IMG/VR virus record: IMGVR_UViG_3300045988_008842
Coordinates: 1 to 18,974 of that record
Strand: one strand, 5' to 3'
DNA from: a virus
Length of the DNA: 18,974 nucleotides
Shown here: in pieces, positions 13,466-18,974 of the stretch
How the letters are laid out: each line of letters starts with the position of its first letter
Numbering within the stretch: the stretch's first letter is position 1
Translations under genes and position numbers: made by a program
Notes under the pieces: model-generated
Database searches by the model: none
Told to the model about the DNA's origin: nothing
What the model saw: only the letters and a program-made list of their open reading frames with translations

Positions 13466-13474
13466 ATTATAGCA
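13466..13474 (-). promoter_or_regulatory. Extended -10 promoter TGcTATAAT overlapping the polymerase stop codon
   Basis: The minus strand reads GTG-CTA-TAA-T, so the TAA stop lies inside TATAAT. The 17-mer TGCTATAATAATTGAGT is repeated with one mismatch at 15987-15971. Confidence 0.5.
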
Positions 13475-14918
13475 CGACTACCGTGCCGTAATCGTCCATG
13501 ACTTGCGTTCCATGCCGGAACTCTTCGTAGGGAATGGGCCGGGAGAACATGTTTCCAGCCATGCAAACGTCAACCCCCCCGTCTTCCCTCCATCCTTGAT
13601 AACGATTCATGCCAAGAATAGTGAGTTTCTCGTATCGTGCGGAGATCCTCCACTTGCCGAGTTCGGTCGGATGAATCTCGCATGATCGTACCGGTTCCCA
13701 GCCGGATAGGATGCAACCGTCCGTGTTCGCGTAAAGTAACCGGTCGGCGTTCGCGTGGCACACGTCCATGAGTTTGCGGCGTGCATAAGCATTGACCCAC
13801 ACGGGCACGGGCAGATAGTCGGTTTTCAGGTTCGATTCTTCGCGCTGGGCAACATCCCAGTCGAGAGTGATGCCGTCTTTGGAGAAGGGGAGTAGGACGG
13901 TGCCTTTTGGGAGACTCGCCATTTTCCCCACCAGGGCGTTCATAATCAGTTTCGCCATCTGCCGTTTCTCGCCCGTCGCCTTCTGTTTCAAGTCTCCCCA
14001 TTCATCGACGAATGAACGGAAATAGCCTTTGGAGCGGCGGAATTTCCACCCTCGAACATGCTGGTATATAGTCACTTCGTAATTGTCGTACAGTAGTTGC
14101 TGATCAATGTCAGTCAATACGCGCGTGATATAGCCACGTGTCGAAGTGAGACGGTTCAAGCCGTACACGCTACGATTGTCGAGTAGAAATGGGTAGCCGT
14201 TTGGTTTGAGTTCCGCGCGAAACGTGAGTTCGTCGCAATGCAATGGCATGTCATCATCTTGGACGTATTCGCCGTCGTATTGTTCCGGTTCGCCCCACGG
14301 CAACCACTCGTCCCGTAATATGGACGGATACATTGAGTTGCAGTCAACGTCAATAGCCCTGCCATACGCCACTTCTCTTGCGATCATGAAACCGCCGATA
14401 TAAGCATCATGCAATGACTTTTTGGTTTCGGTTTCGAGTTGGGGGAATTTGTCGTAATACCATTTCCACTCGCCGGACGCGAACGCCTCCATACTCGCCC
14501 CGCCCGCCGTGATCTTGCACAAGTTGCGATTATCATACTCACGCAGAATATTGAGTAGTTGCGTGTCGGTCATGGTGATACGGCAGTTTTCACACAGTAG
14601 ATTGGAAATGTCGAAGAAGCGTGCCGAGTTTTCACGGTCGATACGTGCCGTGAAGCTGAAAAATTTGCCTTTTTTCGAGATGATGGCGTCCCAGCTCAGA
14701 TTAGCATTGTGTTCGTTGTGGGGCAATGCGTGTACGACGTGCGCTATAAATGGGTCAAGCAGTTCGGGATTAGTCACGTAGACGGTGAGTTTGCCGCCCG
14801 ACATGATGTACGCCAAAAGGCGGTTAGGCGCGGTAATGTCACGCAATGCGGTGCCGTCCGTGAATCGTATGACGTTATCCGCACACCACAATCCCACTCG
14901 ATTGTCTTGCCTGGTCAT
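13467..14918 (-). CDS. Protein-primed family-B DNA polymerase, phi29 gp2-like (483 aa)
   Basis: FPQLETETKKSLHDAYIGGF aligns with phi29 FPTLSLGLDKEVRYAYRGGF. Motif A is DVDCNSMYPS and motif B is KLIMNALVGK. A TPR2-like insertion reads MASLPKGTVLLPFSKDGITLDW. Motif C is YANTDG (phi29 YCDTDS). ELGKW and VCMAGN are in the thumb. The start is trimmed to MTRQDN (ATG 14918, AAAGGA upstream); the track ORF extension would overlap the upstream gene by 116 nt. Confidence 0.93.
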   Translation of the reverse strand: MTRQDNRVGLWCADNVIRFTDGTALRDITAPNRLLAYIMSGGKLTVYVTNPELLDPFIAHVVHALPHNEHNANLSWDAIISKKGKFFSFTARIDRENSARFFDISNLLCENCRITMTDTQLLNILREYDNRNLCKITAGGASMEAFASGEWKWYYDKFPQLETETKKSLHDAYIGGFMIAREVAYGRAIDVDCNSMYPSILRDEWLPWGEPEQYDGEYVQDDDMPLHCDELTFRAELKPNGYPFLLDNRSVYGLNRLTSTRGYITRVLTDIDQQLLYDNYEVTIYQHVRGWKFRRSKGYFRSFVDEWGDLKQKATGEKRQMAKLIMNALVGKMASLPKGTVLLPFSKDGITLDWDVAQREESNLKTDYLPVPVWVNAYARRKLMDVCHANADRLLYANTDGCILSGWEPVRSCEIHPTELGKWRISARYEKLTILGMNRYQGWREDGGVDVCMAGNMFSRPIPYEEFRHGTQVMDDYGTVVVL

Positions 14919-14946
14919 GGTATAACTATCCTTTATTTGCCGTCCG

Positions 14947-15909
14947 CTACTTTTCCAGTGCGCCCGCTTCCGCCAACCACCTGTCAAACTGCTTGCGGGA
15001 TCGCTGATAGCCCTCGCTGTTGTCACGGAACACTGAAGTAAAACCGTGCCGTACTGGATCATATACCGTCCAGTCGAACACGATGCGCGGCGCGTCCGTC
15101 TGCTCGATGAACGCGCGTTTTTGCGCTGCCGACAGTTGACGGAATCGTTTCAACCGTTTCGAGCCGAGAGTGGTAGCCAAGATCTTCTCGAACACCTCAT
15201 AACGCCCGCGACTCATATAGGACGGCCAATCATGCTCGCCGTACAGGTCTTTGCCCTGTTTACCTGTTCCCCGCCTTTTGGACGGTTTGTTTTTTTGTTC
15301 GGTGCGCAATCCCAGTATTTCGGCGGCGTCATGGATCTGGTCCAGTAGTTCGTTGCGATGGCCGCTTTCCAGTTGGGAGCGCACGAATGCTTCGTCTGAC
15401 AGCACGTTGGTCATCTGCAGAAAGTCGGTGAGTTTCGATGGAATGATCTGATTGCGGCCGAAGCCTTCGCCGGTGGTGCCGGTGATTTCGCCCACGCGTT
15501 GGTCGTACACGCTTTTCGCGGGCATGGCTTGAGCTTTGTTCCATTCGTTGATTTTCCGTCGTGCCGCATTGATTTTCCGCTGCTGTTGCCTCAGGAGTTT
15601 GCGTCGCTTCGCCACCGGCTCCGCCTGAATTTGCGCGTCTGTGATGGGTGTGCGCCCTGCGAACATGTAGTCTTTCTTTGTCGGCTTTTCGATGGCGGCG
15701 GCGCGGTATGGTGTTGCTTTCGCTTCCGCTATGGCCTGTTTCTTCTGCCGCTCCCACTCCTTGCCCAAGGTTTTCGCGATATTGACTAGTTGTTTGTCCG
15801 CGGTTTTGGCGAGATTCGAGTGGGAGTAAGCGCCAAGCTGTTTGATGTTGCGGGCGGCGCGGGCTTGCGCGGCCTGACGTGCCTTGACATGCTTTTGCTT
15901 TCGAGACAT
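14947..15909 (-). CDS. Putative terminal protein (320 aa, basic)
   Basis: It lies immediately upstream of the protein-primed polymerase, as phi29 gene 3 does relative to gene 2. It is lysine/arginine-rich (KRRKLLRQQQRKINAARRKINEW, KNKPSKRRGTGKQGK). The genome has ITR ends. No sequence motif was recognised, so the call rests on synteny and composition. Confidence 0.5.
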   Translation of the reverse strand: MSRKQKHVKARQAAQARAARNIKQLGAYSHSNLAKTADKQLVNIAKTLGKEWERQKKQAIAEAKATPYRAAAIEKPTKKDYMFAGRTPITDAQIQAEPVAKRRKLLRQQQRKINAARRKINEWNKAQAMPAKSVYDQRVGEITGTTGEGFGRNQIIPSKLTDFLQMTNVLSDEAFVRSQLESGHRNELLDQIHDAAEILGLRTEQKNKPSKRRGTGKQGKDLYGEHDWPSYMSRGRYEVFEKILATTLGSKRLKRFRQLSAAQKRAFIEQTDAPRIVFDWTVYDPVRHGFTSVFRDNSEGYQRSRKQFDRWLAEAGALEK

Positions 15910-15931
15910 ATGGCACAGTCCTTAAGATGGC

Positions 15932-15956
15932 GAGAGCACCCAAATTGGGTGCTCTC
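15932..15956 (-). promoter_or_regulatory. 11-bp perfect hairpin in the leader of the terminal-protein/polymerase genes
   Basis: GAGAGCACCCA (15932-15942) and TGGGTGCTCTC (15946-15956) are exact reverse complements around a 3-nt loop. No U tract follows on either strand. The hairpin lies between the promoter at 15987-15979 and the RBS AAGGA of the gene starting at 15909. Confidence 0.5.
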
Positions 15957-15978
15957 TATGAATGAACGCTACTCAGTT

Positions 15979-15987
15979 ATTATAGCA
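15979..15987 (-). promoter_or_regulatory. Extended -10 promoter TGcTATAAT upstream of the terminal protein gene
   Basis: The minus strand reads GCTTGCTATAATAACTGAGT, starting 3 nt after the stop of the SSB-like gene. It matches the promoter at 13474-13458 in 16 of 17 positions. Confidence 0.5.
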
Positions 15988-15990
15988 AGC

Positions 15991-16425
15991 TCACTTGGTT
16001 TCCTCGTCCACCGGCTCAATGCTGAAAAACTTGAAGCCACGACGGGAGCGACGTTCGACAACCTTGATGCACAGCGGTTCCGTCCACGTGTTCGGCGTGC
16101 CGAAGATACCGAACATGGTGTTCAGTCCCGCCGCGAGAGTGGGGGAGGTGGCCGCGTACGCCTTGTTATCGTCGGTCACGATGATGACGCGCACGGTGTT
16201 GGAGATTTCGCCCGTCTGGTCGTCGGTCACCTGCACGGCCTGGGCGACGGCGTTCGTCATGTTCAGCGGCTCGTTGAGGTGTTCGTCGAGCTTTTCGGCG
16301 TTCTGCAATGCCGAGTAGAGCTTGATCTTGCCTTCACGGGTCGAAGTGTCGATGAAGTGCTGGACGGTGCCGAGTTCGGTGTTCTCGGTGCTGAACGCGA
16401 TGAGTGCGGTATTAGTGTTTTCCAT
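15991..16425 (-). CDS. Putative ssDNA-binding protein (144 aa)
   Basis: Its position corresponds to phi29 gene 5 (gene order 6-5-..-3-2). The overall pattern (VRVIIVTDDNKAYAATSPTLAAGLNTMFGIFGTPNTW ... KVVERRSRRGFKFFSIE, acidic C-terminal end) resembles phage OB-fold SSBs from memory, not from a search. GGAAAGG RBS. Confidence 0.4.
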   Translation of the reverse strand: MENTNTALIAFSTENTELGTVQHFIDTSTREGKIKLYSALQNAEKLDEHLNEPLNMTNAVAQAVQVTDDQTGEISNTVRVIIVTDDNKAYAATSPTLAAGLNTMFGIFGTPNTWTEPLCIKVVERRSRRGFKFFSIEPVDEETK

Positions 16426-16482
16426 TGTTTAACCTTTCCTAGATTGTTGTTATTTTATTTTCAGGCTTATGCCTAAAATCTT

Positions 16483-16491
16483 TTTATATCA
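16483..16491 (-). promoter_or_regulatory. Extended -10-like element TGaTATAAA overlapping a stop codon
   Basis: The minus strand reads GTG-TGA-TATAAA, so the TGA stop of the 105-aa gene supplies the TG. An AT-rich leader of about 50 nt precedes the SSB-like gene. Confidence 0.35.
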
Positions 16492-16806
16492 CACGTCTTC
16501 GTTATTTTCAGCGTCGGCGTGTCGGTTTTTTGTATGCTCTTCTGGATTCCATTCTTGAGGTTCTTCAAAGGTAGCATATTTGTAGAAAGTTTCCTCATTC
16601 ATAGAGACTTTCTGAGAAAAAATACGGATGGAACGAGGAATGAAATTCGGAAACAATTTCTTCGCACGAATCGAATATGCGCGAGCGTCCTTAAGGCGTC
16701 CGTCGATAACGTGCTCGGCTCTCATGAAGTCGCCGTCCACCAATTCCATGCCCTTGAGCACGGCATATACGCGCGTGCGGAAAATTTCGGTTTTGGTTCT
16801 AGCCAA
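16489..16806 (-). CDS. Hypothetical early protein, basic N-terminal part with acidic C-terminal tail (105 aa); possible p6-like DNA-binding protein
   Basis: A TTG start has GGGGAGG 6 nt upstream and overlaps the upstream gene by 8 nt. Its size, position and acidic tail (EEPQEWNPEEH...ADAENNEDV) parallel phi29 p6. The function is inferred only. Confidence 0.55.
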   Translation of the reverse strand: MARTKTEIFRTRVYAVLKGMELVDGDFMRAEHVIDGRLKDARAYSIRAKKLFPNFIPRSIRIFSQKVSMNEETFYKYATFEEPQEWNPEEHTKNRHADAENNEDV

Positions 16807-17329
16807 TTTTTACCTCCCCTTGCAGTAAGATTTTTTGCAATTCACTGTCATCATAACGTGTCGTGTCCAGTCTGTCAAAATTTTTAAACACGGCAATAAT
16901 CAAATTCTGCGCTTGCTGACTGTCGAAAATCATGCAACAATCATACGACGTACCACCCTTGACCGCGCAGACCGCGCACCAGGCAATCAAATTAGGCGGA
17001 TTGATGGAACCGTCCAAATATTCGACATCGGACGTGCGGGATAGGGCGGCAGAGAGTCCACCCCCCATAGACAGACTGCCCGCAATCTGAGACACAGTAA
17101 CCACCGCCTGCGTAAACCACTCACTAGGAGCTTCACGCCACAACTCACATAGCATATTCACGGCACGGCAACACGTTTCAAAATCACCATACCCCAGGTC
17201 AAAACGCCTCAAGTTCAGTTCACGCTTATGGCCTTTTGTGGCGCGGACAATACGCTTGCTTTCCATGATGGCATCGTCGAAGTCACGCATACGGTAGATA
17301 GGGCGCCTATCATCGCCACTCCTAAACAT
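16799..17329 (-). CDS. Hypothetical early protein (176 aa)
   Basis: ATG 17329 has GAGGAG 7 nt upstream. It is translationally coupled on both sides. No motif was recognised. Confidence 0.65.
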   Translation of the reverse strand: MFRSGDDRRPIYRMRDFDDAIMESKRIVRATKGHKRELNLRRFDLGYGDFETCCRAVNMLCELWREAPSEWFTQAVVTVSQIAGSLSMGGGLSAALSRTSDVEYLDGSINPPNLIAWCAVCAVKGGTSYDCCMIFDSQQAQNLIIAVFKNFDRLDTTRYDDSELQKILLQGEVKIG

Positions 17330-17498
17330 AATATCGCTCCTCGACGCGAAAATAACTAATATTCTCCGTATGAGACCGGATAGCCGCCCACCGTTTAATC
17401 AAATCTGCCGCATCCTTATATGAGGACGCGTAACCGATCTCGATAGGTGGCTTGCGCGCATCCCTCAAGTATGCGAGAGCCACGAAAGTACTATACAT
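17322..17498 (-). CDS. Hypothetical small early protein (58 aa), below the ORF-track cutoff
   Basis: Hand translation gives MYSTFVALAYLRDARKPPIEIGYASSYKDAADLIKRWAAIRSHTENISYFRVEERYYV. ATG 17498 has GGAG 8 nt upstream. Its stop overlaps the next ATG by 8 nt. It fills an otherwise unexplained 170-nt gap in a tightly packed operon. Confidence 0.5.
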   Translation of the reverse strand: MYSTFVALAYLRDARKPPIEIGYASSYKDAADLIKRWAAIRSHTENISYFRVEERYYV

Positions 17499-17500
17499 GT

Positions 17501-17704
17501 CTAAAACTCCAATTCATCAACAGGATCACCATCACCATACAGCCACATGACCGCCCACAACCGCCGATCAGGGCAACGTTTCGGAGGATTAGTGGCGCTC
17601 CGCTTATGCTGTCTCCCAGCCCAAAACGCGCGCAATCGCCAATAACTATCAGCGTCCGTGCACGTGCCGCATATCCACGAATGTATCCAACCATGAAAAT
17701 ACAT
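17501..17704 (-). CDS. Hypothetical small Trp/Cys-rich early protein (67 aa)
   Basis: The start is trimmed to MYFHGW (ATG 17704), 1 nt after the upstream stop and with AGGGA upstream. It contains CGTC plus a distal Cys/His and seven Trp. Confidence 0.45.
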   Translation of the reverse strand: MYFHGWIHSWICGTCTDADSYWRLRAFWAGRQHKRSATNPPKRCPDRRLWAVMWLYGDGDPVDELEF

Positions 17705-17705
17705 A

Positions 17706-17954
17706 TCAATCCCTATCCGGTAGTGGGGTATTGGCAATATCGATAGCATCCAGCATCAAATCAACCACCTGAGGTCCATCCCCAGCATCATACGCACACA
17801 AGGCCGACCCGTCACATACACCACCGCACGGTGTACAAAACTGGACAGCATACCTCAGTTCATACCGTTGACCGTGAGGACAATACCACAGGCGCACACC
17901 ACCGCCCACAAACGGCGACGCAAACACGGCAACATTCGTGTCATTCCTACACAT
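17706..17954 (-). CDS. Hypothetical small Cys-rich early protein, zinc-ribbon-like (82 aa)
   Basis: WYCPHG ... FCTPCGGVC ... LCAY gives a C-x-H ... C-x2-C-x3-C pattern. ATG 17954 lies 1 nt after the upstream stop. Confidence 0.5.
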   Translation of the reverse strand: MCRNDTNVAVFASPFVGGGVRLWYCPHGQRYELRYAVQFCTPCGGVCDGSALCAYDAGDGPQVVDLMLDAIDIANTPLPDRD

Positions 17955-17955
17955 T

Positions 17956-18123
17956 TCAAAACCTTTTCACTACAAAACCCAATACGATAGCCACGCCCAC
18001 AGCGAGCATGACCAAAAAACAAAAAACGTCACGCGCATTACGCGGTAGTTCGCAAAACACCGTAGCAGCCATCGTAAGAAACAGAACCGCAAACAAGACA
18101 ACAATAGTCATATCAATCATCAT
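17956..18123 (-). CDS. Small membrane protein with two predicted TM helices (about 51-55 aa; start uncertain)
   Basis: IVVLFAVLFLTMAATVF and VFCFLVMLAVGVAIVLGFVV are separated by the charged loop ELPRNARD. Candidate starts are ATG 18123, 18120 and 18111. The track start 18189 is a TTG deep inside the upstream gene. Confidence 0.5.
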   Translation of the reverse strand: MMIDMTIVVLFAVLFLTMAATVFCELPRNARDVFCFLVMLAVGVAIVLGFVVKRF

Positions 18124-18361
18124 AACACCACGGCCCACTGTTAAAAGCCCGACTAAGCTCTTGAAAATCAATGCCATTACAGTAAGCAATTCCGTCGTCT
18201 ACGTCGATAAAATCCATAACAGGTACCCAACGGCCACGTTCTAGATCAAATATTTCAAACCGGTAGTCCACACCGCAGTAGTCGCATGGATGCTCACACC
18301 ACCGAAAACGACGGTCTAACCCCGTGTACGTGTCAACAACAGTAAAATAATGCCATTCCAT
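18113..18361 (-). CDS. Hypothetical small Cys-rich early protein (82 aa)
   Basis: The start is trimmed to MEWHYF (ATG 18361), with GGAGG 7 nt upstream. It contains WCEHPCDYCG (C-x3-C-x2-C with His) plus two distal Cys. Confidence 0.6.
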   Translation of the reverse strand: MEWHYFTVVDTYTGLDRRFRWCEHPCDYCGVDYRFEIFDLERGRWVPVMDFIDVDDGIAYCNGIDFQELSRAFNSGPWCYDD

Positions 18362-18375
18362 GATTTGACCTCCAA

Positions 18376-18606
18376 TCAAACGAGCGAAACTTTGACCATG
18401 CCAACCATCGTACCGTCAAGATCAAACGTGGCATTATCAATATCCACACTCACATTACGCCCAACATAAGCGCTACGAACATGAGACAACACGCCATCCA
18501 ATGACGCTTTCAACGACGCTGTATGAAACATGCCACTAGGCTTCACGCAATCAGGCAAAATCTCAAACACCTGAAAACCGTTTTCGGTGATATTAAAATA
18601 CCACAT
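18376..18606 (-). CDS. Hypothetical first early protein of the right arm (76 aa)
   Basis: The start is trimmed to MWYFNITENG (ATG 18606). This ATG and its RBS AAGGAAA belong to the ITR, mirroring ATG 367 on the left. The longer track ORF extends into ITR low-complexity sequence. Confidence 0.65.
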   Translation of the reverse strand: MWYFNITENGFQVFEILPDCVKPSGMFHTASLKASLDGVLSHVRSAYVGRNVSVDIDNATFDLDGTMVGMVKVSLV

Positions 18607-18974
18607 TTTATTTTTCCTTTCCCTTGAAGTTGATAGTTTTATCATACCACAAACAAAACAACGACACGCCCCAAACAAAACAAAACAAAAAAATAAAAAA
18701 CAACCACCGATAGGTAGACAAGCAGGCTACGGTTACGTTACCGTAACTTAGCCAGACACAGATTGTTGCATATACAACCATTGACACAGTGTCAATAAAA
18801 AAACGACACGCCGAAAATAAAAAAACTTGACAGACAGGCGTAAAAAAAATATAATAGGACTATGAACAAAACAAAGACACACAACACACACAGAACAAAA
18901 AAAAATAATACACAAATAAAAAAAGCCACAAGGGAAAATCTTCACACAAACCCACACCCCTCCCACCTCCCTCC
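18604..18974. repeat. Right inverted terminal repeat (ITR-R)
   Basis: Reverse complement of 1-369 and 2 nt longer (AAGGAAAAATAAAATG versus AAGGAAATAAAATG). The window ends ...CCCCTCCCACCTCCCTCC, the exact complement of the first bases. Confidence 0.95.
18641..18649 (-). promoter_or_regulatory. Extended -10 promoter TGgTATGAT (right early promoter, ITR copy)
   Basis: Exact mirror of 326-334. It faces the whole minus-strand early operon. Confidence 0.5.

Noticed and set aside
13467-15062. N-terminal extensions in the ORF track (pol to 15062, ATPase to 2861, 5812..6639, 7104..8039, 6444..7091, 663..1388, 18376..18678, 17501..17749, 17956..18189, 18113..18379)
   Set aside because: Each extension overlaps the upstream gene or a strong hairpin and lacks an RBS. 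In every case an internal ATG (or TTG for 16806) has a GGAG-type RBS and abuts or overlaps the upstream stop. Homology to phi29 proteins, where available, starts at the internal Met.
15329-16476. ORFs 15329..15943(-), 15790..16476(+), 15499..15789(+) and similar antisense or off-frame ORFs inside large genes (for example 9277..9876, 12336..12731, 3352..3741, 13570..14001)
   Set aside because: They have Arg/Gly/His/Pro-rich compositions typical of off-frame reading of GC-rich coding sequence. They have no RBS and are fully contained within better-supported genes.
17447-18244. + strand ORFs 17447..17746 (99 aa) and 17831..18244 (137 aa) opposite the early operon
   Set aside because: They are Pro/Thr/Arg-rich low-complexity translations with no RBS or promoter. 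They would be transcribed head-on against the early operon. The minus-strand small genes show start/stop coupling and SD sequences.
1-18974. A search for lysogeny, defence or accessory modules (integrase, repressor, tRNA, CRISPR, toxin-antitoxin, transposase)
   Set aside because: None was recognisable. All ORFs longer than 100 aa are accounted for by replication, morphogenesis, packaging or lysis functions, or are single hypothetical early proteins. The genome looks strictly lytic.

Overview
The window appears to be a complete 18,974-bp linear genome of a small phi29-like, protein-primed podophage, probably from a mid/high-GC Gram-positive host; the host cannot be assigned from sequence alone. 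Both ends are ~370-bp inverted terminal repeats (1-369 and 18604-18974). Each repeat carries an extended -10 promoter, an RBS and the ATG of the first inward-facing gene. One acidic 81-aa gene (367-612) is on the + strand; every other gene is on the minus strand. Reading right to left, the early operon (18606 to 13467) encodes about seven small proteins, several Cys/Trp-rich and one a membrane protein. It then encodes a p6-like basic/acidic-tail protein, an SSB-like protein, a basic putative terminal protein and a family-B protein-primed DNA polymerase. Next comes a 229-nt non-coding gap with its own promoter and intrinsic terminator, which I fold by hand into a pRNA-like RNA. The late operon (13237 to 663) follows: acidic scaffold, major capsid with an Ig-like C-terminus, gp9-like tail knob, portal, lower collar and three small tail/fibre proteins. 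It continues with an SGNH-esterase fibre, a CHAP tail lysin, a gp16-like packaging ATPase, a holin and a CHAP-SH3 endolysin. I saw no integrase, repressor, tRNA or CRISPR. The items most worth follow-up are the pRNA-like ncRNA, the ITR architecture, a terminator/anti-SD leader in front of the ATPase-lysis cassette, a polymerase with non-canonical Exo I and motif C residues, and a duplicated fibre anchor module. All structures and motif matches were made by eye, and no database searches were run.
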